A model generated the notes under the pieces. The model was given only the letters and a program-made list of their open reading frames with translations. It was not told the origin of the DNA and made no database searches. Shown in pieces: positions 26,310-40,120 of a DNA stretch of 64,000 bases; the first letter of the stretch is position 1; the number at the start of each line of letters is the position of its first letter. Both the position numbers and the translations under genes were made by a program. This DNA comes from Gnetum montanum (taxonomy: Eukaryota > Plantae > Gnetophyta): contig MNCI01000813.1 of the NCBI GenBank assembly GCA_015680685.1, forward strand, positions 93,325 to 157,324. Reading direction: 5' to 3'.

Positions 26310-26540
26310 ACACGTGAGGGAATACGAAGAGATGAATGGGGAGCCCAAGGGTTAGGGGGCATCAATTGAAGAGAGATTCAGCTCCCTTGCATGTGATCTA
26401 TGCATGTGAAGGAATACAAAGATATGAATGGGAAGCTCAGGGCTTAGGGGACATTAATCGAGTAGAGATTCAACTCCCCTGCACTGATTCTTTAGCTTCC
26501 ATGCATGTGGCACATGGGCATGAGGGAATATGAAGAGATC
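26310..26540. repeat. ~90-bp degenerate tandem repeat (about 2.3 units)
   Basis: tgagggaatacgaagagatgaatggg..agagattcagctccc is repeated at ~26312, ~26404 and partially at ~26520. Confidence 0.75.
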
Positions 26541-26797
26541 AAACTAAATTGGCACTGCAACATATATTTGTAATGCATATTCATTCATGGAGATATAAAA
26601 AATCACGTTACAAATGCATAAATAATGTTATTATTATATTACGAGCTTTTGTATATTGACATTATTGTTACAATGGACAAGATATGAATGATGCTAACAC
26701 CTCATTCATAATTATTATATTATAATTATTGTGAAATCCAATAAATGTTTTGAGATTATTATAAGTAGAACAATAATCCATAATTAAAATTTGAGAT

Positions 26798-29700
26798 TGA
26801 TGAGAGCGATTACTCTAATTATTAAAGTGGTTATTATTAGAGCAGTTACTCTAATTATTAGAGTGGTTATTATTAGAGGGGCAATTTCTCTAAAATTAGA
26901 GTGGCAGTTTTTGTAATTATTAGAGTAGTTGCTCCCAAGCCTATAAATACAATGCCTAGGCACACAATAGGGGAAATCAAGAAGAAGAAGAAGAAGAAGA
27001 AGAATTTAGAAGAGGAAGTCTTTTAGGAGTCAAGTAGTGAAACTCTAGCCAAGTTCCTGTAGTAGGAGGTCTAAGTGTGGATGGATCTTTATTCAAGCAT
27101 TGTGTACCTGAGCACACCTTGTGTACGGCAATAAAGACAAGCTCTTGGATTCATCCTTGCAGCACTTGAGATTTGTTTTCTTACTCATTTCCTTTATTTT
27201 ATTCTCTTATGCATTTATTTTATTTTATGCACTTTACATTTCTATTATTAGCACACATAGTATGATCACTTCGAGCATGCATGTGATACTTGGTAACCCA
27301 GTAACCATTAGCATTTGGTAATCCTAGTAGTGTTGCGCTAGTTTAGGATGTGTACGGTAAGTGAGAATGGATACTAGTGTTAAGATTAGTTTAAAGCCTA
27401 GTTAATCAGTAGTTAAGTTAAATTAGTCACTTAGTTATGTCTCTCTCTCCTCCCTTATTACCAACAAGACATAAAAACATAAAAGCTATAAAAATCATAT
27501 GCCTCAAGCATACATAACCATACAACCGTGACAATACAAGCAAGTTTTGGAAGACAATGATTGAGTAACCCTTAGTGTTCCATTAGGGTGCGTATGCAAT
27601 TACTCTTTGGAATTCGACCGGATCATGCGTGAAACACTTGTATTCGTATGGTTGAGCGTAGGGGTACCTCGCCACTCATCATTGGCACTGTTGCCAGGGA
27701 CATAGTTGTTTGTGTGCTACATAGAACATAGGAAATAATCCATATCATTGGGACATTAGAATGAACCCTTAGGTTTGATCAAAGGAAAGAAAAGACAATG
27801 GTAAATCGCACACTAAACAAGAGGAAAATGTCTTGTTCTTCGCACAAGAGCACTTCACTGCCTAGGACTAACACAAGAGACAGTCGATGACATCATACAC
27901 ATAACCAAGATTCGCCAGTTCCTTAACAATTTCAGGTAGTATATACTCATCACGATGAGTATGTACCCGATTTCACCTTTATCCTCCACCAAGATGAACA
28001 ACTATGTTGGAGAGACTTGGAGGGTAACATAGTGTTGTCTCTAGACCGATCAGTCCCCAACATGCTCCTTCATTCTCTCACATGAATAGGCATGCTACTT
28101 TTATACGTAGAATACATTGCATGTGATCATGACACAAGGGACTATCATCCCACAGAACTGCAACGTCAACGAGACTTGCGATAGGAGAGTTACCACGCAT
28201 CCTTGAAGGGTAAATGGTCCCATAACGCCCCACATGTTTTAAGCAAAATTGGGAATGGTGAACCGGTTTCAACAGGTTCCCCACCAAATGATATTCCCCT
28301 TCCTAACGATGGTTAGGAGGTGGTGTATCAGAACCTCCACTCTGTAGTTCACAACCCTATTTCTGATTCCCATGAACATGAAGTGTTCAATGAGGGAACA
28401 CAAGCACACAGTAAGGATGGACATTTTGATAGTAATCATGATCAAGGCCAAGACCACTAAAGAGAATGTATAAAACACTGTCATGATGATGGTTCTCCTT
28501 CTTCTTCATCTTCATCATCACATTCACCCTCTCCTTCGATGTTAGGATGTAGTCATAAGGAAACTAACTGTGAGGATAAAGGATGACAGAGTGAAAAACA
28601 TCGATGAGATAGTCAAGAACGAGGATGAGGATACTCTAGGAAATCACGGCATAGAAGAAGGAAGAGTAGAAAACTACGTAGACATCACAGACGCTATGAA
28701 TAAGGTGACCACAAAGAACCCCTACTCACAACCAGAAGCATGTTAGATATCACAGAGGTCGTAAGAGTTCCAACAAGGCACCAAAAGGATAGTAGGATTA
28801 AGAGGTTAGACATGAACAATATCCCGTGATTTGAAGGGGGATACAACGTTGATCCTCAAAACCACTTACAACAATTCCACAATGTGTGTGTCTTGTAGAA
28901 CATCGAGAACGAATGGGAAAAACTGAAGTTATTCCTGAGGACACTAGTGAAAGAAGCAGAAAGTTTGTACCGAACCTTAGAACTGGAATCCATTCGGAGG
29001 TGGAGTACGATGTTAGAATTGTTTAATGATAAGTATCAAACATACTCCCAAGTGTCTAACCTAAGAAAAAAAATCCAAGGATGAAAGTAAGGAAATCATG
29101 AACCCTTGGATGCTGCCATGGGCCACTAATATGCACTGTTACATCATTGTCCTAGCCATGGTTATTCACAGCAGGATCAACTGCACCATCTCGTGGATGG
29201 ACTTAGTCATGAAACAAGGAGAACCATTGGAACGTATGCCCAAGAGATATTATTAGAGCTTAGGTCTTATCAAGTTCATAGATTGCTAGAGTAAGTAGCC
29301 AAAGAAGAAGAGGAGCTACGTAAGGGAGAAAGTGTAGAAGAATACAATCGAGATCCTTCCCTCTGAAAAAGGGGAGTGAGATTCTATGAAGAGGAGGAAG
29401 AGTCACCATTCGAAGAGATGACAAATAGGAAAACTTTGCCACTCTAAAAATTAACAACAAAAGTGTCAGCAAAGGTAGACCAAATGTGGGACTCCCTAGA
29501 TAGTATATTTGAAAATGTTCTTAAAATTGTAGAGGAGTCTAGGGAGTGAGGTAGTGACTATGACAAAAGGAAAAATAGAGAAGTGGACAATGCACATAAC
29601 AAAGGTAAGGGTAAAATGGCCATCACCAAAGAGGTTGTGGATTTAGATACTGACAATGATGGTGGATGTGAGATATGCCAATATGACCATCCTAAGGGAT

Positions 29701-31240
29701 GTTGCCCAGTGATCTCACATTTACAAGAGTCTAGGGTGTATGCACTCAAACCACGACTTAATAAATAGCAAGCACCCCGATGATTACTGTATCCCCAAGG
29801 TAACCCAAGGCAATTCCACCAACCTTCAACATATTATCCAAGTGGAACTCCACCACAACCTATTGAGCAACATCAATAGTGGCAATACCCACAGTCATGG
29901 GGGATGCCACCACCAAGGCAACAATACCCCTGCCAGCAACCGGATCCATATGGCTACTACGTGTAGCAGCAAATCTCTCCACGTGACTCTGTTGGTCACG
30001 TGACATCACAACATCACTATAAAACTCAAAATTATTATAGGACTCCTTCTCCTAGCAGAGATAACCCATAGACATACCAACATCCAAATCCATCCGCAAC
30101 TCTCACATCGATAGCTCCATTACCACCTGCTCTAACAATGCAAGGGGAACTCCCCACTCAATCACAGTAACACAATGCTACGAGGGCTATGAATCTTCAA
30201 CCCACTACTGGTTCTAACAACCATATGAAGAAAAGACCTTTCTTTAGGACCAATAGACAAACCAAACCCTTGCAATCACAAGCAGCTGATTCCTTAGATG
30301 CCTTAGTATCAATCAAAACTTCGAAGCCTCCTTCAACTCAACCACTACACTGAACACATACGGTCATGCTAACACATGCCATCACTGATTGGATCAAAGT
30401 TATCCACCTTCCTAGGAAATTCTTTGATCCTGGGAGTCCTCTGATATACTTACAAATTGTTGGAAATGCACCATGCAAGGCTCTTTTGGATTTAGGTTCC
30501 AGTGTCAACTTGATTTCTCAAGAAATGTACAAGGCCTAGAACCTACCTCCATTGAAAAAGAGCAACATCCATCTAGAGTTGGCCAACCAGTCCATAACTA
30601 TCCCATTGGGACTAGTGGAAGATGTTGTTACCACTATTTGTGGGTGGTCGTACCCAGCTAACTTCCTAGTGATTTAGGTGAACAACGGTAAGAGGGACTT
30701 CCCAATCATAATGGGAAGAGCATGGCTAAGCATCATTAACACAATCCATGCTCTTTCCCTAGAAATATCAAAGGAAAATACATTTAGAAAAATCGAGAAG
30801 AAGAAAGTTCCATGCATCACATACAGTAACATAGGGTGTAATTGTGTGCAGAGGTCATGGGTTGTGCAACGTTTAACATTATCTATATGAAATCAGTGTG
30901 CACAAGTGATTAATATATAAAGATGCCTATATGTAGCAGCCACACAACAGGAAGGCACCCAATGGCTGACAGTTGATCAAGAAAGTAGTTCACTCATATG
31001 CATGGAACCAACTGAGAGTTTGACTTGTGCTTACATTGATACCATAGATGCATTAGAGCAAGTCCACCATCAACTTCCAAGTCTTAACCTTGAAAATGTC
31101 AACTGGGGGAAGTTGGAAATCCCTGAGAAATTTAAGCAGGAACCTCTCGATCTGAAACCATTGTTCACCGGTATGGAATACACGTTCCTTAAAAATGAAA
31201 AATTGGTAGTTATAAATTCTAAGTTTTCTCCTCAATAGAT
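26798..31240 (+). mobile_element. Athila-like element A: 5' LTR (26798-27681), PBS, gag-protease; 3'-truncated
   Basis: LTR TGATGAG..CTCATCA; PBS ttggcactgttgccaggga (27682-27700, the tRNA-Asp type of Athila); TATA ctataaata at 26941. Coding region colinear with element B. Confidence 0.9.
27828..31238 (+). pseudogene. Gag (long N-terminal extension, capsid, Cx2Cx3Hx4C knuckle) and protease of element A
   Basis: MLDITEVVRVP..KLKLFLRTL capsid; CEICQYDHPKGCC; ALLDLGSSVNLI protease at ~30480; ends LDLKPLFTGMEYTFL..VINSKF. Confidence 0.85.
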
Positions 31241-33432
31241 AGGGCACAAAATCTCACACACATGGATAGAGGTAGATCTCACACACATGGCCAAAATTAA
31301 ATAGATAGAAAAATATTTAAATACTATTATTTTTTATATTTTTTTGAAAAACTAAAATTGTTATATAAAATTTAAAATAAATAGAAAATGTGGAATTTCT
31401 ATAAAGAAAATTTAAAATAGAATGATGTAAATCACCTCACCAAAGTTGGTGCTAAGGTAAGGACCGCAAAAACAGAAACTCACAAATAGGATTGGAAAAA
31501 CAAGGGTTTGAGGGACAAATTAAATTGAGAAGCTTAAAACCGTAAATAGGATTGGAAACAAGCAATGAGAGGTTTGGTAATAAAAAATGAACATTTTCAA
31601 AAACCTAGAAACATAAATAAACAAAAAATAAATGTGTTGAGTAATAGAAATTCACAGAAATTTTATAGGAATTTTCAAAAATTGTAAATAAGAACAAAAA
31701 TTTTCAGTAGAAAATAGTAAAAGTAAACAACAATAGGAATAGGAAAGTAAAGTTCAAGGAAGCTAAAACAGGGAAACAAAAGTTTTGGAAGAAGAAACAA
31801 AAACAAAAGTAGGAACACGAAATGAAACAAGCTCTCCTTCTAACACCAAAAAGAGTGTTGGTGCATAAATTTTGGACACATCAATAACCACAAAATTTGT
31901 TTAAAGAGACTATTTCCCAAGGCACCTCTCATGTGGGTACGGAAACCCAGGAATAGTCTCAGCTCAAAAGACAACATGGTGTTTAAACAATTTTAAAGAT
32001 TTTAGTAAATTAAACAATTTTAACAAGTTTATAATACTCTGCAACAACTTTCGTAGAGAAATGACTATTCACTTTAAAATTTCAACATCGGCACTTGTGC
32101 ATTAATGAAGTATGAAATGAAAAAGCATAAAATAGCTGACAACTTGGATAAAGATTAACTAAAGTTTTAAAGAAACATAGGCTATGTGTTTCATCCACAA
32201 GTTAAGTTATAAAATTAAAAGTAGCAACATAAAACAAAGACTTAGCTTAGAAATGAGCACAAATATAATAACTTCTACTATAGCCTTGTCTACTTGTGCC
32301 TCCAAGAAGCACACCTCCTCTAATAAGTCTCCAACCTATGGCTTTAGAATGTGCTTGCTATTCTACACTGAGACTACCACCAAATAGTTAACAAAAATGA
32401 GAAAGAACCTTGGGATTTCCCCTCCATGGCTAGCTTTCCAAAAATCCCCCTCCTCCTTGCTGCCTCTAGTCTCGGGAATTTATTAGGACTAGACTCACCC
32501 CTCACCTTCTTCTGTCTTCATTACCTCCAGCCAGACGTGCACATCATTAGCATATTTACATTACTCTGGTAAATAACGGAAGAGAAATGTAAACCGAGGC
32601 CTCTGATCAGATAACGACAGCCTAGTGATTTGACACCGCCATGCACATAATGTGCATAACTGCCCACCACCCGTACATGTGTGCTAGAAAGAGTAAATGA
32701 GCAGGAAAAATAACCAGACACGAAACGGCACACGAAACGGCACAACCAGAGTAAATGAGCAGAAAACATAACGGCTGCATGAGCTTGTTAATGGTCCATG
32801 TCGGTGCATGCCACACATCGCCCTGCAAATGCTATTGCAGGCACTGCAGGTCAACGCCCCGCTGCTATTGTGCTGCCATGCACGTTACGTGCTTGGCACT
32901 GACCACGGTACAGGTTGCAACCGTCATGCCAACCAGCACCGACATGAACGTCACTGCCAACATGAACCACTAGGTTACCATCACCACCGGAAGTCCCATC
33001 TATCTACCTATCTACACATGTCACATGCTGCCGCCACTGATACGATCCTTGTCTGCATGAACAACGGTAACCTCCACCACCCAACACAACTTGGAAACAC
33101 GAAACTGCAAAAACGGCAGCTGCAGAACTGACATAGCAATGGGGAGGAGGAAAAACACACACAACCAGAACAACGTCGAACAGGGCCTGGTAGGCAGCCG
33201 CAGCGACATGATCCTGCAATACCCACCCACCGACGCTCATACGGCGAGAGCAACTGAAAATCGCAATGCTAGCACCTGAAAACCACCAGTAGACCATGTG
33301 CAACTATAACAATGGCAGGGAACCACGCCAAGCTGCTGCAGAAATGTGCGGATGCACAGAAACGACAGGAGAAACGCACTGCCAGGGATCAGCACATCCA
33401 GGGTCATGCTCCGTGGAGGCTTGTTGTTGACA
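31240..33432 (-). mobile_element. Miniature Tat-family element: 5' LTR (31856-33432), PBS, short non-coding internal region
   Basis: LTR end hairpin at 31856-31886; PBS-like tggtgttagaaggagag (31832-31848). Internal motifs (~31440-31490; ~20-bp repeats ~31250-31290) resemble 63630-63890. Confidence 0.7.
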
Positions 33433-34069
33433 TTTTGTTTGCAGACGGAAATTAGCATGGGTTTTACTGCGGTAAACTCTGGGAAACCGCAAAATCTGTT
33501 GTGCATGGAGCCCCTCTATTCAGGCACGAAAATGAAAACTTATCTAGTATACGAAATTTGCCATGCAAACATGCAGGGAAAGGCATTTAAAATGCCAAGA
33601 TGGCCTGACAGCTTCTGAGAATCTAACGCTCAGTTTGCAGCGATTTTGGTGTTCATGTTGCCATTGTTGCCAAGGGAAAGGCTGAGTTGACTTTGGAAAC
33701 TTAAATAGAGGAACGAACGTTTACTGCAGGTTTCTAACCCTGCAAATAAAAAAAATTACAAAGAGTTTCCAAAGATTTGCATTTCCGGATGGGACGGGAC
33801 TGGACTAGTATTCAGCATCTTTCTGGCTCCGTTACCAGCTGCTACAGCATGAATCTCGATCTAAACAGAGACCAAGCTATGAAGGATGAAGATTTCCTGC
33901 ACTGTTAATTTTACATTATGAAATAATAATGTCCATTTGCCTGGCCATTGCCAAATGCAGGAGATTCATTTAAGTGCTAAATCATTGTATTTGATCTTAA
34001 CCATGGCCCCATGATTGGCATGTGCAATGTTGACATCAGGCATTAAGAGTTTAGGATTGGAAGGTTAAA

Positions 34070-34890
34070 AAACAAATCTTTCTTACATTCATTTATCCTA
34101 TTCTATTATATATATGTACGATTTGTGAACTAGACCTTAGTGTGAAAAATTATAAGCCGACTATAGAAAATATTTTTACTTAATGAATTAAATGTAAAAG
34201 TTCTAATACCTTATTAAATGCTTTTGTTATAGTGTAATCTACTTCATCTAGAAGCAAAAGTTATTTATGAATTTATTGCTTATACTTAAAATTGACAAAA
34301 ATAGAATAGATCATTTTTCTAAAAAAGTTTTTGAGACACAAAAGAGAAAAGATGATATTTTTAATATACAATAGTTGAAAACTTAGGATTTGTAATTGGA
34401 GAAGATATAAGATAATACAAAGCATAATTAAAAGTTGATTTGGCAGTGAGTTCTAACAAAGTTATGGTCAAATATTGAAAGTAAGAAAAAATTTTATTTG
34501 GAATGCATGAAAGCTAATTAGGTAAACTCAAAAGTTCATCACATGTAATTCCAATGAGATGTCACATTTTCATCAGTAGGTTTCATTTCTGTTCACATCA
34601 TCTTAGAATAGAAAGTGGAAGATGTATAAAAATTCCTAAAGAAAAATGTACATCTTAGGTATGTGGGTTAAAAGATCTTGAGGGTGAACAACATGTGTTG
34701 TTTTACTTTCCCTCAAATTGAACATTTAAAACAAAAATATAATTTTGTGGCAAAAGATCTATACAATCTTTTCTTGTTAAATTCAATGTTATTCGATAAC
34801 TTTATTAAGTCAATATTTAATTTTCATGATACAAATGTAATGTTTATCCAATAGATCCTTTAGATCCTTGAATATAATAAAATATTGGTT
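34070..34890 (+). mobile_element. 3' fragment of an RTEX-like LINE
   Basis: Degenerate C-terminal zinc finger ISRFHFCSHHLRIESGR..IPKEKC..VCG..LEGEQHVLF. The 3' end ccaatagatcct..ataataaa matches the LINE at 19910. Confidence 0.7.
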
Positions 34891-35561
34891 TTAGTTTTTA
34901 CAATTAACATATTGCTAATTGGTGCTAACTATTAATTTACAGCTTTATTAAGCATAAGAATAGAATAAAAATAAGCAACAAAAGTAGAAATTTAATCATA
35001 ATATTCAAAGACATGCAACAAGAACACAAGAAATTGTCTTTGAAAAAGCATATGAAAACCCCAATAATGGCTCCAATTCCTAGCAAGCCTTAACTCCAAC
35101 TAACCATTACAAGAAAAGTGAATACATTTAATGGCTTAAATCCTTAAACAATTAATGGATTACTCACTTTCTTAATTGGTCTCTCAATCCAACTTGATGC
35201 CTTGATACACCTTAATCTCTTGATGCCCCCCATCCTCTTAATTGTCACTTATATAGTAATTTACATTCTAAACAAGGATGGTGGAAAAAATATAAAATAG
35301 GACATTACATATTCCAATGTAGAATGTTTTTATAAATAAAATACCACTTGCAACACCATCAATTATATATTTAAATGGGTTTCTAAAGTTAAAATCATGC
35401 CACTTGCAACAACTATTACATGAAATTTTGCAAGTGAGAAGTAGCTTAAAATAATCAACATCACCAATTGTTACAATTCTTTCAATTTTTTAATTTTAAG
35501 GAATTACATCTGAGATTTGCCACTAAGTGAGGGGGGAATGGAGAGTGTTTAAGGAGCAGCG

Positions 35562-36987
35562 ATGGCCCACGGAGCGGCGATGGCCCACGGAGCAGAGACG
35601 AGCACGAAGGCCAAAGGAGGGGAGACAGGCGTGGCGGCCCAAGGAGTGACGGCTCAAGGCGTGACGGCAGGAATGGCAGACATGGCTAGAGATATTGGTG
35701 AATACTCCCGAGAAGGAACTGCACTACGGATCAAGGTTAGAAACCCTAACATGGACACACTAGATCGCTTGAAGTGCAGCCTGATTGGCAAATTTGTGTC
35801 TGAAGGGGCACAACCACGGATCAATCTAATTCACCATTGGGCCCGGGCAGCGTGGGGGTTAGACAAGGTATTGGTTAAATGCCTAGTAGACGATCACCTG
35901 TTGTTTAGCTTCACCTCCCTGGAGGAACGGGAACAAATTCTGGTGGGGGGACCTTGGTTCTATGGGGCACAAGGGCTGGCTCTGGCGCCTTGGCGCCCGA
36001 GGGCTCATCAGGACCCAAATCTGTTTGAACGGGCACTAATTTGGGTGTGGCTGCATGGCCTCCCCCTCGAATATTGGTCGACAGAGTTCCTATAGTTGCT
36101 CACAAATCTATTTGGTGAGTTCATCAAGTTTGATCATTTCACCGAGGCTATGGAACACCTGAGCTTCGCGAGATTCTGTGTGTGGCGACCCCTGCTATCA
36201 ACAAAGTTGATCGAGGAGCTGGTACTGGACACCGATCTAGGCGAAGAGAGGGTTAGGGTTCAATTCGAAAACCTGTCAATGGCACCGCCCTTGACGAGGG
36301 ACTCCCAAAGGGGGGATGACCTGGCACCTGCCCCAGGGGATGGGTGGCAGATTATAGGCAGAAAAGGCAGGGTCACCAACAGAAAACCATAGGCACCCAA
36401 GGGGGAGACTCGACAAATGTGGGGGGGGATCTCCTTCGAGGGGAAAGGCCCTCCATAGCAAGCGGGACTCATAGTCAGATTACTGCTACCAGTCGGCCAC
36501 TCCTTGGTCTAGGAGGGATGCAAGGAAAGGTAAAGGAGGACCTACACAGGAAGGGCTGCTGAAGAAGGGAGGGGAAGTCAAGTCGAGTACGACGAGTAAG
36601 CCCTATTACCATGCACTGGTAGGGGAAGGGGCTCAGGCCCCTAAAGACATCCAGAAGTTGAGCACCTAATCAAGGATAGAATCGAAGCAAGGTGGTTACG
36701 GATCGCCATGCACCCCCACTTGGGGGGAGGAGAGCCCCTCTAGGGGAGACCTGTCCCCGCCACCGGTTACCGACTGGATTAACACCAGTCATGGTTTGAC
36801 GAGGCCCAGCTCCCCCCCGGAGGGGCAGAGCACACCGCACAGACAGGGGATGGCGGTATCCCTTCTAGAGGCCAAGGTTGGGCAACTGGACAACAACACA
36901 TGCCGACACAAGGCTACACAGTTGTTCGTTGACCTGGGAGTGCAGCCCACACTCCAGGAGGTTTACCACAGACACATGTCTCCATGA
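35562..36987 (+). pseudogene. L1 ORF1 (DUF4283/RRM-type), disrupted
   Basis: SLIGKF..LLFSFTSLEEREQILVGGPWFY..IWVWLHGLPLEYW..FARFCV is typical of plant L1 ORF1. Confidence 0.9.
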
Positions 36988-39900
36988 AGGTCCTCTCATG
37001 GAACTGCAGGGGCCAGGGTACCCCATACAAACGACATACCTTGCAATGTATGGTGCGAGAGGAGCGATGCGATATCGTGTGTTTACAGGAAACAAAACTT
37101 CAGCAATCAGAAGCTCATGCACTTCAATGATCAGGGTAGTATAGCCATCAGGAACACAGTAGGGGTCGCGCAGGAGGCATCACCGTACTCACCAGGACAA
37201 ACTCGTACGTCCTGGACATCTCCGACTGGTGCATCACGGTGCACCTACCAGGGCAGGACATATGGGCTACCAATGTTTACGGATCCTAGGGATGGCAAGA
37301 ACACCTTTAGGAGCTCTCCCAAGTAGCGGGGCTTGTCCCCAACAAGGCCAATTGGTTACTGCTCAGCGATTTCAACCAAAGGCTCTACAGCTGGGAGAAG
37401 ACCGTGGGCACCATGGCAGAGCCCGTAGGGGCACCCGAATTTCTCATGTTGTTACAGAGCAATGACCTCACTGATTTGGAAATCGTGGGGTGCAAGTACA
37501 CCTGGAGCAATCACAGACAAGGAACAGCGCGGGTTCAATCCCAGATTGACCAGGTGTGGGACAACAAGATGATGCTGACCGATTGGAAAATCCATGTCCA
37601 TGTTGGTGCCCAGATGGCCTTAGATCACCGGCCCATTATCTGCCAGCTGGACCGCAACGTGTTCCAGAGCCCCTACCCCTTTCGATTTGAACGCAACTGG
37701 TTGCGTATGCCATGGCTGGGCGAACTGGTTCAGGACATCTGGTAGGGTTATACGCCCTCGGTGGACCCCCGCGAATTTCTGAAAAAAGGGTTAAAGACCC
37801 TCAAAAGTCAAATTAAAAACATTAGAACTGCAGAAAAATATCATTTCAAAGGTTACAGAATGTAGATCTAGGCCAAGTTGTTGGCAACCCAGAAATAACA
37901 AGAGCAAGGGGCCGATCACATAGGTGAGGAGCTCATCCTCCAGGCTGAGCTACAACTGCTACACTGTGAAAAGGAAGAATATTGGTGACAACAGGCCCAT
38001 ATGCAGTGGTTGAGGGCAGGGAATTGGCACATGAAATTATTTTTTACAACGGTGAAGGCACATAACGGAGCTCGCCAACAACCACTGCAGCGTCTCCTGC
38101 AAGATGAGCAATAGCACACCCCCTCTAGGGCGGACAGACTTCTGCAATACTGGCAACGGGTCTAGCAATGGCAGCTGATGGACCCAATTTCTTTGCTAGT
38201 ACACCAAATTCTAAACCCAACGGATAACTCACGACTTCTACAACCTTTCTCGTACCATGAACTTCGAATTGCACTATAGGATATGCAGGCAGATAAGGCC
38301 CCGAGACCTGATGGATGGCCCATTGAATTCTTTCGCGAATTCAAGGATGTTCTTGGGGAAAACCTGCTAGACGCTTTCAACTACATGCTGGTGTGGCATC
38401 AAGTTCACAAAGAAATTAATTGCTCCCACATGGTCCTTCTACCTAAGATGGAGAATCCCACATCCCTAGGACATTTCAGCCCTATTGGAGTCTACAACTC
38501 ACTCCTGCGCCTTTTTTCACACATGCTCATGGCCAGGCTGTGGCCCCTCATGCCTCGACTGGTGAGGAAGAATCAGGCTACTTTTATGAAGGGTTGACAT
38601 CTCTAGGACCAAGTCCTGCTACTACAGGAAATTCAGCACTCCCTTCGAGTAGAAAAATTACCGGGCCTATGTATCAAACTCGACATAACCAAGGCTTACA
38701 ATTTTGTGAGCTGGGCTGCCCTGAGGATCGTGCTATACATGAAAGGCTTTGATGAGGCCTTCATGGCGCTCTACATGTAGATCCAACGGGGAGGGCAATA
38801 TTCATTGGATATCGACGGACAACTATTGGGTTTTCATGGGACTGGATGTGGGCTTCGTCAAGGTGACCCCCTCTCCCTGTTCCTGTTCCTGATGATGATG
38901 GACCTCCTGCAAACATACTGTGCCGAAGAAGGGACCCAGGGGCTGAATATGCATGGTGTTCCATGCCTCACCATCCATTACATGGACAACACCATGATCT
39001 TCACAAGGGCCACGGTGCCACAGGCTAGAGCGTTAATACGGGCGCTGAATCGCCTACAATGGGAAATGGGACTGGCCCCCAACACTGAGAAATCTACATT
39101 ATACTTCACACACACCCATTCTGTGGTATGCACAAAGATTATTCAAATCCTGGGGATCCTACCAAGGGGAGAGGAAGACAAATATCTAGGCATCCCCATC
39201 CACAACTGGCACAGGTTGCAAACCTGGCAGGTCCTCATTATGAGAATCCAAAAGTGCACGACACACTGGACAAATAGCTTCCTGTCCCACAAAGGAAAAA
39301 TTGTGCTGGCCTCTACCGTTTTGGGGGCCATGGCAAGGTTTGCTACCTCCATGGCATCCACGCCCATCAGAGTCACCACAAAAATTGACATAATTATCTA
39401 TGACTTCGTGTGGTCTAGTGGAAAAGGGAGGAAGAAAATGCACTTGGTGGCATGGGCCAACACCACAGGGCCCCGTACTATGGGAGGGGGTGGTTGGCAT
39501 ACTCCCCTTCATGGTGGAAGTGGCCTTAGGTAGACAAAGACTCCTCTGGTGACTTTCTGCAATGAATGAGGACAGCCCCCTCTAGGTGCAAATCCTGTGG
39601 CAGAAATATAGCCCCTAGGTGATGGCCAAATTCGACTCTCACACTTGGAGGCAACTCTATGCACATGTAAGATCGCTGGGCCATGATGACGAGACCTCCC
39701 TACATCCTCGACAGCTCCTCCAAAAATAGTTTGCAACTGATCCACGCTAGATGTGGCTGTGGAAGGGTGTTCTACCTAAGAAAATTAAAATGTTTGGGTG
39801 GCTGATCCTGCACCATGCCCTCCTCATTTAGGCCTTACTTCAGACACGTAGCCTGAATATCAGCACCCATTGCCCACTGTGCAATCGCCACACTGAAACA

Positions 39901-40120
39901 TTACAGCACTTCCTGCATGAGTGCCATGTTACCAAGCAATTACGACAAACGACAGGCCTTCATTCCCTAGAATTTTTCGGTAACTCGTCAAAACTGGCGG
40001 TGCTTTGGATCCTGTGGCATGCATGAAACGACTGCATCTTCAAAGGGGTGGCCCTCCCTCTCACGACAGTGCTGGCTAGTAGGGTCCGAAAACTCTAGAA
40101 TGAAATTAGTGTAACTATGA
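36984..40120 (+). pseudogene. L1 ORF2 (endonuclease, RT, zf-RVT), disrupted
   Basis: MKVLSWNCRG start; YTWSN..ALDHRPI; KAPRPDG; KLDITKAY; GLRQGDPLS..HYMDNTMIF..KYLGIP; HCPLCNRHTETLQHFLHEC. Confidence 0.95.

Noticed and set aside
25260-33432. Treating the two Tat LTRs as one intact element with a TSD
   Set aside because: Flanks (aaggt / ttttg) do not match and the LTR 5' boundary is uncertain, so the pairing is plausible but unsupported.
32521-33618. Cluster of overlapping Cys/His-rich ORFs (also 25866-26348 and 16008-16870)
   Set aside because: Expected from GC-rich LTR sequence. Frames are not conserved between the LTR copies and show no domain signature.
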